From Salinivirgaceae bacterium (lineage in GTDB: Bacteria > Bacteroidota > Bacteroidia > Bacteroidales > SZUA-534), in NCBI GenBank assembly GCA_017650325.1, contig JAGCFC010000229.1:5637-69636 (forward strand): DNA of 64,000 nt. Direction: 5' to 3'. The stretch's first letter is position 1; each line of letters starts with the position of its first letter. A model generated the notes under the pieces. It saw only the letters and a program-made list of their open reading frames with translations, searched no databases and was not told the origin of the DNA. A program made the position numbers and the translations under genes. Below are positions 43,204-52,033 of this stretch, in pieces.

Positions 43204-45504
43204 TCACTTGATTCTCAAACCAATAAGCAGCATATCATCCACTTGTGCGCTTTGTTTGCCAATTTTTGCAGGCGGTTTACGCCAGTCGTCAATTGTCTTG
43301 GCTATCAGGAGTTTCTGCTGCTCGAAAGGCTTTTGGTGAACCTCAACAAGCATTTCCTTCATGCGGCGGATTGTGAACTTACGCAAATCGGGACCGCCGC
43401 TGAACTGGTCGGCAATACCGTCAGAATACATATAAAGCACATCGCCCGACTGCAAATCGACAATGTTGTTGGTGAACCGTGGCGACTCGTTGATATAAAC
43501 ACCACAAGGCATTTTATCAGCCTTATATTCAATAATTTCGCCATTACGAACAATAATAAGAGGACGGAAGGCGCCGGCATACTGCATCTGCATCGATTTA
43601 GTGTTGAAAATGCAGAAAGCCAAATCGATACCATCAGCGGCCTCGCCCGGACGGCCTGTCTGACGCAGAGCCTCTTTCAGTTTGGCACGCAGACTGTCGA
43701 GCACACGGGAGGCGGTGAGTTTCGCAACATTCTCATGCATTACAATGTCGTTGAGCAGCGTTATGCCGAGCATACTCATAAACGCGCCAGGAACGCCGTG
43801 ACCCGTGCAGTCGGCCACTGCCAAAAATTTGTAATTGCCCACTTGCACTGCCCAGTAAAAATCGCCCGACACAATGTTAAGCGGTCTCCAAAATACCAAA
43901 CAGTCGCCAAAGAAACCGTTCATCATATCTTGCGACGGAACGGCGGCTTCCTGTATCTTTTTGGCGTACAAAATACTATCGGTGATTTGTCGGTTGGCAT
44001 TGCTGATTATTTTGTTCTGGCTCGACAAGTAATTGCGCTGACCCTCAATCTCATCGCGCTGAGCCTGAATCTCTTCGGTTTTCTGATTCAGCAGTTTGTT
44101 CTGTTCCAGAATCTCTGACTGCTGGCGTTCAAGTTGTTGGTTCTGCTCGTTCAGCAGGCGGTTGTTGTTTCGGCGGCGAACACTGCTCCGGAAAACCACC
44201 AGCACCAACAAAATGAGAATTACTATCAACAATGCCGAAATAACAATTATTGTCACCAACTGCTCGGAGCGTGTTTTGAAAATCAACTCGCGCTCACGTT
44301 CCGACAAATCGCGCAGACGCATCTCCTCGTCGAATTCAGTCTGGATTTTAGTTTGTGTTGAGTTGACCAGATAGCCGTCGTTGTTCTTACGACGGTTTAT
44401 CTCCCCTATTTTCCTTGCATAGATGCTTGTTTTCTGGAAATTGCCTGTCATCCCGTAATATTCGGCAATGGCACCATACAACTCTTCACGGGGCAAGGCT
44501 GTAAGAGTGTCGTTTTCATCGGCGGTTTCGAGTTGTTTTAAAATCCGCACTGCCGACTTGTAGTTTCCTTTCTCCATCTGATAACGCGACATCCGCAAGT
44601 CGAAAGCGTTATGGTAACCCGTAGGCCCGATGTGCGACAAATAGTTGAGAGCTTTTTTAATGACGAACAGACTGCTGTCGAGCAAATTATCGCTGTTCTT
44701 TTTGTCGATTTTGGTCTGCTCAAGATAGGCATCGGCTACGGCCTTATAAATATTGATTACAACATGCTGATTATTAGCGTATTTTAAACCATTATACGCT
44801 GTCATGAGATCTTGCTTCGCCCTCAGCAACTGGTTCAGACTGCCCTGCTCGTCGAGGCATTGATACAACTGACCCTGACCTAAGCAATACATGTCCTCAA
44901 TCTCACCCGAACGGCTTCCAATCCGCTTGTCGATACTTTGAGCCTGGCCGAAATACTCATAGGCACGGTCATATACCTTATAATCAAGACATTGCAAACC
45001 CATTTGGCGATATATGGCCGCCATCCGCTCCTCGCTTCCAAACTGCTTGTAAAGTTCAAGGCTTCGGTTCAGAAAACCGACGGCATTGGCGTTCGCGCCC
45101 TTCATCGACAAAATCCGGCCAATCCACTCACAGCAGAGTGCTTCATTCAAAGTGTCGTTGAGCGACGAGTAGAGTTCAAGCGCATGCGATATTTGCTCGT
45201 AAGCCTTATCAAGATCCCACTTGTAACTGTAGGCCACTCCAATGCAGCGGTAAGCATCGGCGCGCTTGTCAGGGCGGTTAAGTTTCTGAGCCAGTTCCGA
45301 CTCACGTAACGCATATTTAATTGTTGTATCGGCATTGTAATGTTTTTCCGCAATTTCCCCGTATAGCTCCAGAAGTTCGGAATTATCGGAGGTCACGCCA
45401 ACCTGAGCCAAAAGGCTATCGCCTTGCCTATATCTTTCTGAATTTCCATAAGATACACAGCAAGTCGAGATAAAGATTAGCGCTGTTACTAAAAACCGAT
45501 TCAT
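43204..45504 (-). CDS. TPR-repeat sensor - TM - coiled coil - PP2C/SpoIIE phosphatase
   Basis: Signal peptide, ~380 aa of TPR-like repeats, TM helix LVTIIVISALLIVILILLVLVVF, coiled coil, then AKKIQEAAVP...VSGDFYWAV...AVADCTGHGVPGAFMS...DGIADQ. Confidence 0.85.
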   Translation of the reverse strand: MNRFLVTALIFISTCCVSYGNSERYRQGDSLLAQVGVTSDNSELLELYGEIAEKHYNADTTIKYALRESELAQKLNRPDKRADAYRCIGVAYSYKWDLDKAYEQISHALELYSSLNDTLNEALCCEWIGRILSMKGANANAVGFLNRSLELYKQFGSEERMAAIYRQMGLQCLDYKVYDRAYEYFGQAQSIDKRIGSRSGEIEDMYCLGQGQLYQCLDEQGSLNQLLRAKQDLMTAYNGLKYANNQHVVINIYKAVADAYLEQTKIDKKNSDNLLDSSLFVIKKALNYLSHIGPTGYHNAFDLRMSRYQMEKGNYKSAVRILKQLETADENDTLTALPREELYGAIAEYYGMTGNFQKTSIYARKIGEINRRKNNDGYLVNSTQTKIQTEFDEEMRLRDLSERERELIFKTRSEQLVTIIVISALLIVILILLVLVVFRSSVRRRNNNRLLNEQNQQLERQQSEILEQNKLLNQKTEEIQAQRDEIEGQRNYLSSQNKIISNANRQITDSILYAKKIQEAAVPSQDMMNGFFGDCLVFWRPLNIVSGDFYWAVQVGNYKFLAVADCTGHGVPGAFMSMLGITLLNDIVMHENVAKLTASRVLDSLRAKLKEALRQTGRPGEAADGIDLAFCIFNTKSMQMQYAGAFRPLIIVRNGEIIEYKADKMPCGVYINESPRFTNNIVDLQSGDVLYMYSDGIADQFSGGPDLRKFTIRRMKEMLVEVHQKPFEQQKLLIAKTIDDWRKPPAKIGKQSAQVDDMLLIGLRIK

Positions 45505-45671
45505 ACATTAGATTTAGCGTGCAAATGTCGCTTATTTTTCGTTTCTGCCGACATCAAAAACGCAAAATCATTTACGATGAATAAGTAAAACCGGATTTGC
45601 AATGAGTTACGGAACGGAGATCAAACATTATCAGCTAAAAAGCCACTCCGAACTTTTAAACTTTCTTTGTC

Positions 45672-47786
45672 CTAATCGTAGAACGACCACCTGATTCCGT
45701 AGCTGAAAGTAGCCTTTGTTGTCGGATAGTTGGGCGCAAGCACAAAGTCGCGCATTCCGAAAAGATTGTAGTTGATGTGGTGTCCGCAAACAAAGAACCG
45801 CACTTGCTTGATTCTGACATTGAGGAACGCCCCCACAAACGGATAATTGCCGGTTTCGCTCTCGTTCTGATTGTGGAACAACGCCACCGCCGGACTGTAG
45901 GCCTGAGCGTGATAACTTGTCCAGAAAGTCATATCAACACCCAACTGGAACAGCAAATGGCCGTTCGTGTTTTTGAAAAAGAGGTCGCGCTCATAGTAGA
46001 GAGCCTCATAAGCCGTAACTTTAGGAAGTGGCAACACATCCTCGTCGCCCGAATACTGATAATTGATACGGCTGACAAGGTTGAAACCCGCACCCGACAA
46101 GTGGTTGCGCAACTGCACATCGTAAACCATGAACGAATTGTCGGCCTGCGTAGGCTGGCAGTCGGTGTCGAGATAGATATAATTGGTGTGCAGAGCATAG
46201 TGTCCGCCTATGCTGGTACGGAAACGTGGCGCATCGACAACACCCGACAACATAGCCGTCAACGGGCGGTTGCTGAAACTATGCTGCCACTTCAAATGGT
46301 TCGACTGGTAATCGGTCATGAAATAGTCAGGCTTACTGCGCTCGAACAGCGCCTCAACCGTCACCGACAAAGGCTTTTCCGACTTTGAGAACAACTGCCG
46401 CACCTGACCGCTCATTTTGAAATCGCCCAATTTATAGCCAGCCAAATATTGCCGATAACATCCTGAGAATGTTAACAATCCCGGACGTGTACGATGCAAT
46501 CCAGCCTCGACATAAGCGCTGCTTTTTTCGGTTGTCCGAATGTTGGCAAAGAGCGTATCGACATTAAAATAATAGTAGCGCGACTTCTGCACACCAAGCG
46601 CTCCGTAAAGGCCGAACGGCGCATACGGATTCTTTATCTCCTCCAAGTTCAGCCTGATTTGGTGGAACTGGTCGGAATAGGCACACGAATCGTGTGTGGA
46701 ACGATTAGAGAAGTTGTGCCTATAAACCGGCAATGAATCTTTTAGAATCGGATTGTAATATTGCGACAACTTGTCGCGATAATATTTTGTACTGGCTTGA
46801 CGGCTGAATGTGTACTGAAGGCTGAACCAATAGCCGCCCGTGTCGGAAGTATCTGATTCTTTGGCGCGTATAAAACCAACCTTTTGATCGAAGAACCATT
46901 GGCGGTCTTTGATAAAAGTGCGCGCATCTACCAGGCGGGTAGGAACCTCTTTTGCCGACAATATGCTGTCGCGAACAAGATACTCATCAACAATACCGCC
47001 GTTCTCCTGCACATCGATGCGGTTGAACGTCCATGCCAAATGTGTTGCATATCGGCCATTTACGAAAGATCCGCCCAAACTTCCAGAACGATTTTTTGTT
47101 TTCTGTCCAACATACTCACCATCACCGCCATACGAATTGAATTTGAAAAATATGTTCAATCCTTTGGTAATATTCTGTGTGTGAATAACATCAACCGTTT
47201 GCTCATCTTTCTGACCGCCGTCGTAGCCAAAAAGCGTGAACGGCTTGACAACATTATAAAACTCCTCAGTTTCAGCTTGATGCATATACGGAGTGAACGA
47301 TTTCAGGAACAAGAATCGCGTTGGCTCGTTCGGCTCAAAATACTCGTGACTCTGAATGGCCGTTCCCAACTGGTTCAAGTGTGCAGTGACTCGTCCGTAG
47401 CGGTTGGCAGGCCGATGCAAATGGAGCATGTCGAGCGTTGAGTCGTAGGTATGGATGTCGAAATCGAAAACATTTGGATTGTATCGCCACTTGTGAACCT
47501 TCAACGTATCAGGCTCAACGTAGATGCGGCGGTAAAGGGCATATTTCGATGTGTCGCGAAGCACCTTCGGCAGCAGACTGTCGATGGTTGGCGCCGAATC
47601 GCGCATGGTTGAGTCGCGAAGAGTGGAGTCGGCAACCACGCCCAATGTGTTGATGAGCGTATCCTTTGCCGCACCATCGGTTATACCGCTAACAAACAAA
47701 CTGTCAGCCGTCTGCGCGCACAAGTTCTGCATTGCCAGCAAACTGACAACAACTGCAAAAACTGACTTTATGCGGCATTTTAACAT
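45672..47786 (-). CDS. large putative outer-membrane porin-like protein (704 aa)
   Basis: Signal peptide (LLAMQNLCAQ), Tyr/Gly/Asn-rich beta pattern, C-terminal FSYGIRWSFYD. The family assignment is from memory only. Confidence 0.5.
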   Translation of the reverse strand: MLKCRIKSVFAVVVSLLAMQNLCAQTADSLFVSGITDGAAKDTLINTLGVVADSTLRDSTMRDSAPTIDSLLPKVLRDTSKYALYRRIYVEPDTLKVHKWRYNPNVFDFDIHTYDSTLDMLHLHRPANRYGRVTAHLNQLGTAIQSHEYFEPNEPTRFLFLKSFTPYMHQAETEEFYNVVKPFTLFGYDGGQKDEQTVDVIHTQNITKGLNIFFKFNSYGGDGEYVGQKTKNRSGSLGGSFVNGRYATHLAWTFNRIDVQENGGIVDEYLVRDSILSAKEVPTRLVDARTFIKDRQWFFDQKVGFIRAKESDTSDTGGYWFSLQYTFSRQASTKYYRDKLSQYYNPILKDSLPVYRHNFSNRSTHDSCAYSDQFHQIRLNLEEIKNPYAPFGLYGALGVQKSRYYYFNVDTLFANIRTTEKSSAYVEAGLHRTRPGLLTFSGCYRQYLAGYKLGDFKMSGQVRQLFSKSEKPLSVTVEALFERSKPDYFMTDYQSNHLKWQHSFSNRPLTAMLSGVVDAPRFRTSIGGHYALHTNYIYLDTDCQPTQADNSFMVYDVQLRNHLSGAGFNLVSRINYQYSGDEDVLPLPKVTAYEALYYERDLFFKNTNGHLLFQLGVDMTFWTSYHAQAYSPAVALFHNQNESETGNYPFVGAFLNVRIKQVRFFVCGHHINYNLFGMRDFVLAPNYPTTKATFSYGIRWSFYD

Positions 47787-47791
47787 GTCGG

Positions 47792-47799
47792 CAAAGATA
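47792..47799 (-). promoter_or_regulatory. -7-like box TATCTTTG (minus strand) only 5 nt from the ATG at 47786
   Basis: rc of caaagata. If functional, the spacing would imply a near-leaderless mRNA, so confidence is low. Confidence 0.25.
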
Positions 47800-48005
47800 A
47801 TTATAGAGCAGAAAGTTTCGACTTTTTATTCAAAAACAAACCCGACTGTCCACCCTATTTTTAAGGAAGTCTCAAAATTAGATAATAACATAATGATAAT
47901 AAGCTAATTAATAGAATAAATCTCTTTTTCATGGCACTAGCGGACAAATACCACTCTCAAAGTATTTTCAGTGTCGCTCATACTTCCTCCGACACTATTT
48001 TCAAC

Positions 48006-48013
48006 TATTTTTG
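48006..48013 (+). promoter_or_regulatory. candidate -7 promoter box TATTTTTG
   Basis: Perfect TAnnTTTG, 22 nt upstream of the ATG at 48036. Confidence 0.45.
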
Positions 48014-48035
48014 GCTGACTTTTCGAAAGCAAAAA

Positions 48036-49007
48036 ATGAATAACGCAAGAGACGGGAAAATCGATTTTTTCAAAGGCTGCCTGATGCTTAGTGTGATATT
48101 CGGCCACACCATAAATTCGCTGTTCCACCAGACGGGCATTCATATCGGGCTGCACACTCTATTACGCACGTTCGACATGCCAATGTTCATGCTTATTTCG
48201 GGTTTTCTGCTCAGAACCAGTCTGTCGAAACACGGCGCTTGGCGCACCATAGCCAACCGCACTAGCGGAATTGTTGTTCCAACAATCATTTTCATGGCTC
48301 TTGCCTTCGCAATTGGGCACAACAACACTTTTTATTTTCTATGGGCCGTTTTCGGATGCACGGCAATAGTCGCCATAATCAACAACGCGCTAAAAAACAA
48401 ATATTTACAAATAACCGCACTTGTTTTGGTTGTGTTGCTTTTCCATCTTACCGACTCCCGCTGCATGAACATGGCCTACCTGATGCCGTTTTTTGTAATA
48501 GGATTTTATCTTAATTCGTTGGAAATAAGCGTTAAACAAGGTTTGATTGGCATTGCGGCATTTGTGGTTGCTTTTGTTTTCTGGCGCACCGACTACACAT
48601 TCTGGAACTACGGCGCGAACCTGCTTCACAACACTCTCGAAACATCACTTGTGGTTTGTTTTCGTCTGATAATAGGCATTTTAGGAATAATTACCGGCGG
48701 TTTTTGCATGAGTCTTATCTATCAGAAATTTGCCGGCAAAAAAATTACGACCACCATTACCGGCTTCGGCAAAGAGACTCTTGCCATCTATCTGATGCAG
48801 TATTTCATTGTCGAAATAGGGCTTAAACAGCTTGCCTCAGCAAATAACTGCCTGATACGAAACACAGTCGCACAACATCCCTTGATTGCGGGCTATATTG
48901 CCGCACCACTATTGGCTTTCGGTATTACACTGATTATCTATTTAATAGCTGTTTTGATTAAGAAATATAAAGCCACCCGTTGGATATTCGGCTTTAAAAT
49001 TCTTTAA
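48036..49007 (+). CDS. acyltransferase family 3 membrane protein
   Basis: MNNARDGKIDFFKGCLMLSVIFGH start typical of acyltransferase_3, and about 10 TM helices. The internal ATG is supported by the promoter box. Confidence 0.75.
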   Translation: MNNARDGKIDFFKGCLMLSVIFGHTINSLFHQTGIHIGLHTLLRTFDMPMFMLISGFLLRTSLSKHGAWRTIANRTSGIVVPTIIFMALAFAIGHNNTFYFLWAVFGCTAIVAIINNALKNKYLQITALVLVVLLFHLTDSRCMNMAYLMPFFVIGFYLNSLEISVKQGLIGIAAFVVAFVFWRTDYTFWNYGANLLHNTLETSLVVCFRLIIGILGIITGGFCMSLIYQKFAGKKITTTITGFGKETLAIYLMQYFIVEIGLKQLASANNCLIRNTVAQHPLIAGYIAAPLLAFGITLIIYLIAVLIKKYKATRWIFGFKIL

Positions 49008-49021
49008 TTGACAACAGTCTG

Positions 49022-49564
49022 TCAATCAATATTTTCGAATCTGAATTTTGTAAACACCTCCCACAAGGTTATTCCGGCACTCACCGAGATATTGAACGAG
49101 TGCTTGGTGCCCACCTGTGGAATTTCGATGCAACCGTCGCTGGCATCAACAACTTCCTGAGCCACACCGTTCACCTCGTGCCCAAAGATTAGCGCATACT
49201 TCCGCCCTACTACTGGTGAAAAATCTTGCAAAGCAATGCTGCCCTCGGCCTGCTCAATCGACAATATGGTGTAGCCTTCGGCACGAAGCTCCGCCACAGC
49301 ATCCAATGTTGTTGCAAAATGCTTCCAATCAACCGATTCGGTTGCACCAAGCGCCGTTTTGTTGATGTCTTTGTTGGGCGGTATGGCCGTAATGCCGCAC
49401 AAGCAGATTTTTTCAGCACCCAGACAATCGGCAGTGCGGAACACCGACCCCACATTGTTGGCACTGCGCACATTGTCGAGCACAATGGCAACCGGCATTT
49501 TTTCGGCCTTGCGGTATTCGTCAACCGAGAGACGGTTGAGTTCGTCATTTGTGAGTTTTCGCAT
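49022..49564 (-). CDS. SpoU/TrmH-family RNA 2'-O-methyltransferase
   Basis: LDNVRSANNVGSVFRTAD, LIFGHEVNGV and IEIPQVGTKHSFNISVSAGITLWE. Confidence 0.85.
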   Translation of the reverse strand: MRKLTNDELNRLSVDEYRKAEKMPVAIVLDNVRSANNVGSVFRTADCLGAEKICLCGITAIPPNKDINKTALGATESVDWKHFATTLDAVAELRAEGYTILSIEQAEGSIALQDFSPVVGRKYALIFGHEVNGVAQEVVDASDGCIEIPQVGTKHSFNISVSAGITLWEVFTKFRFENID

Positions 49565-49664
49565 CGTTTACATTTATTGATTTATAGATTAATTGATTGT
49601 CTGACTGATAGAATGGCTTAAAAGTGAAATGTCACATATCACTTTTAATCTATTATTCAATTAA

Positions 49665-50063
49665 TCAGTTACTCAACATTTGCCTAATCGCCATTGGCGC
49701 AAAAGCGCACAAAAATAACAAAGTTGAGATTATTGCGTCGACAAGAATCAACCGGCGGCGCTTGTCGGCATGAAAAACGAAAATCGCACCAAACGAAACT
49801 CGCATAACCAATTGCACAACAATAAACAAAAAAATGCCAACCGAGTAATTGTTAAATTGCAGAGCTTCAGCCACATTTCCACGCATCAGTTCCGACAACG
49901 CGCGTTGAAGTCCGGTGCTTGTGAGCTGGCCTTGCATAACGGCATGAACAGGATAACCGGTGACCGATGAAAAAATGCCGAAGTACACCAGCATAGCAGC
50001 CAGCACTCCGGCAAAAAACGTATTGCAAACAATGTAAGGCTCGCGCCAGACAGGTTTCATCAC
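49665..50063 (-). CDS. small integral membrane protein (possibly DUF2752-like, Cys motifs absent)
   Basis: Four hydrophobic helices and weak resemblance only. Its start overlaps the stop of the upstream gene (ATGA). Confidence 0.4.
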   Translation of the reverse strand: MMKPVWREPYIVCNTFFAGVLAAMLVYFGIFSSVTGYPVHAVMQGQLTSTGLQRALSELMRGNVAEALQFNNYSVGIFLFIVVQLVMRVSFGAIFVFHADKRRRLILVDAIISTLLFLCAFAPMAIRQMLSN

Positions 50064-50611
50064 TTTTTCTTTCGCGCGTCGATATTCATATTCACTTTTT
50101 TACCGTTCTCGTCGGTAATCGACATCTGAACAACCGAATCGCTCAAATTCATATCGAAATGCACGTTTTCGGCATTGTTCATGCTGTCGAGAATAGCACT
50201 CAAGCGGACCATGGTACTGTCGGTGCTCTCGAAACTTGCATCGTCAAGTTCGTAGGTCATGTTCCAATTCATGCTGTTTGTGATATCGCGGAAGAAATCG
50301 CTGTCTTTCAGATTTTTATTAATACCACGACCTATCACCACAATCCATGCAATGCTCAAAATGAGCGCCACAATGGCTGTTATCATACCTGCCACTGCCA
50401 TTCCCATTGACGATTTGACCTCAATGGCTCTCACCACCGACAGCACTCCGAACACTATTGCAACAGCCTCGAGCGGAATTGCCGAAACTCCCACGCACGG
50501 AACAAACGCTAACAACAAGGCTAAAATTCCGCAAATCAATGATACTACGCCAGCTGTGCTTCCGTTTTTAATTTCTTTCGTTTCCATATCTGATGTTTTT
50601 TCGTTCAACAT
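50060..50611 (-). CDS. membrane protein of unknown function (DUF4190-like N-terminal TM hairpins)
   Basis: GVVSLICGILALLLAFVPCVG and AGMITAIVALILSIAWIVVI helices, plus a soluble C-terminal ~85 aa. Confidence 0.5.
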   Translation of the reverse strand: MLNEKTSDMETKEIKNGSTAGVVSLICGILALLLAFVPCVGVSAIPLEAVAIVFGVLSVVRAIEVKSSMGMAVAGMITAIVALILSIAWIVVIGRGINKNLKDSDFFRDITNSMNWNMTYELDDASFESTDSTMVRLSAILDSMNNAENVHFDMNLSDSVVQMSITDENGKKVNMNIDARKKK

Positions 50612-50669
50612 TCAGACTAAAGACGAATCTTATTACAAAGTGTTACAAAAAAATCAAAATTTCGTCATC

Positions 50670-51308
50670 CTACTTCCACTCTTCGGGTGCGTGACGCCAT
50701 TTTTTTAATGCTTCCAATTGGTCATCAGCAATATAGCCGATTTGCAAAGCGTGTTCCAGAAGAGCGTCGTAGTTACTTAAGGTGTCGAGATTGCAGTTTG
50801 CACCGGCAAAAGCATCAGTAGCACGTTTGAAACCATAGGTGAAAATGGCGTAAAGACCTAAAACATCAGCGCCAGCGGCACGCAAGGCCTCAACAGCAGC
50901 CAGACTGCTTCCGCCTGTCGATACCAAATCCTCAACAACCACAACCTTTTGACCTGCTTGCAGATTGCCCTCAACGCGGTTGCACATTCCGTGAGTTTTA
51001 GCATCGGAGCGAACGTACACAAACGGCAGCCCCATAGCCTCGGCAACCAATACTCCGTGAGCGATTGCGCCTGTAGCAACACCTGCAATCACCTCAACAT
51101 CAGGATATTTCTGACGGATAAGAGTGGCAAACGAGTCACGGATATAGCCGCGTACCTCAGGATACGACAGCGTTGCGCGGTTGTCGCAGTAGATTGGCGA
51201 TTTCAGTCCCGAAGCCCATGTGAACGGTGTTGACGGAGACAGTTTAATTGCTTTAATTTGCAATAAATAAGAAGCAACTTTTTGTTGAATTTGATTTATC
51301 GATTCCAT
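50670..51308 (-). CDS. pyrE: orotate phosphoribosyltransferase
   Basis: Start MESINQIQQKVASYLLQIKAIKLS. PRPP motif KVVVVEDLVSTGGSS. The track 5' extension to 51458 overlaps the NUDIX gene. Confidence 0.9.
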   Translation of the reverse strand: MESINQIQQKVASYLLQIKAIKLSPSTPFTWASGLKSPIYCDNRATLSYPEVRGYIRDSFATLIRQKYPDVEVIAGVATGAIAHGVLVAEAMGLPFVYVRSDAKTHGMCNRVEGNLQAGQKVVVVEDLVSTGGSSLAAVEALRAAGADVLGLYAIFTYGFKRATDAFAGANCNLDTLSNYDALLEHALQIGYIADDQLEALKKWRHAPEEWK

Positions 51309-51309
51309 A

Positions 51310-51930
51310 ATGTCAAAATTAAAAGTTTTCTTTTTCGGAAATGTGCTGGTTTTCACCGACAGCCCCGAAATGCATCGCAAAACTACAATAATATACAAAT
51401 ATTCGGGAGCCGAAGCGTTTAAGGATTTTCTTTTTGGATATATTGAAAAGTGCAACAATCACCATATCAGAATTTTATGCGATAATAAAGAACAATGTTG
51501 GAAGGATTTTTGCTCGTTGTTCGAAGTGCGTCGCGCTGCAGGAGGTCTGGTTGTAAACGGTAAAGGCAACTATCTGTTTATCAGACGACAAGGTAAATGG
51601 GACATTCCGAAAGGCCACATTGAGCCAGGCGAGCAGAGCCGCGAGTGCGCTGTGCGCGAAGTGACGGAAGAGTGCGGCATTGGCGGTCTTGAGATTGAAA
51701 AAACCATCTGTACCACCTTCCACACCTACCGCCTCGACGGACGGCCGATTCTGAAATCAACCGACTGGTACTTAATGCGTTGCCATGGTAACGAAAAGTT
51801 GACACCGCAAACCGAAGAAGACATTACCGAAGCCGTTTGGGTCGCTCCATCCGACGTTGATAACCGATTGAAAGACAGTTTTTCGTCGATACCGGAAGTG
51901 TTTGAAATGGCATTAGGTAAAAGGCATTAG
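51310..51930 (+). CDS. NUDIX hydrolase with ~70-aa N-terminal extension
   Basis: NUDIX box GKWDIPKGHIEPGEQSRECAVREVTEECGI. The start is uncertain (51310 or the internal Met at 51370). Confidence 0.8.
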   Translation: MSKLKVFFFGNVLVFTDSPEMHRKTTIIYKYSGAEAFKDFLFGYIEKCNNHHIRILCDNKEQCWKDFCSLFEVRRAAGGLVVNGKGNYLFIRRQGKWDIPKGHIEPGEQSRECAVREVTEECGIGGLEIEKTICTTFHTYRLDGRPILKSTDWYLMRCHGNEKLTPQTEEDITEAVWVAPSDVDNRLKDSFSSIPEVFEMALGKRH

Positions 51931-51953
51931 TATCATCAATTACGAGTGGTCAC

Positions 51954-52013
51954 TAAACAGCGAAGCGCTTAACTTTCTCAACCTTAAACATGTTAAACAG
52001 CGAAGCGATTAAA
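51954..52013 (+). repeat. 20-bp direct repeat TAAACAGCGAAGCG(C/A)TTAAC, two copies with 40-bp period
   Basis: Copy 1 at 51954-51973, copy 2 at 51994-52013, 19/20 identical. Each is followed by AACCTT(T)AAACA. Confidence 0.85.
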
Positions 52014-52033
52014 CCTTTAAACAATTAACAACA

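Noticed and set aside
42481-44118. 211-aa and 326-aa plus-strand ORFs antisense to the porin and TPR-SpoIIE genes.
   Set aside because: They are shadow frames opposite strongly supported minus-strand genes and have no recognisable domains.
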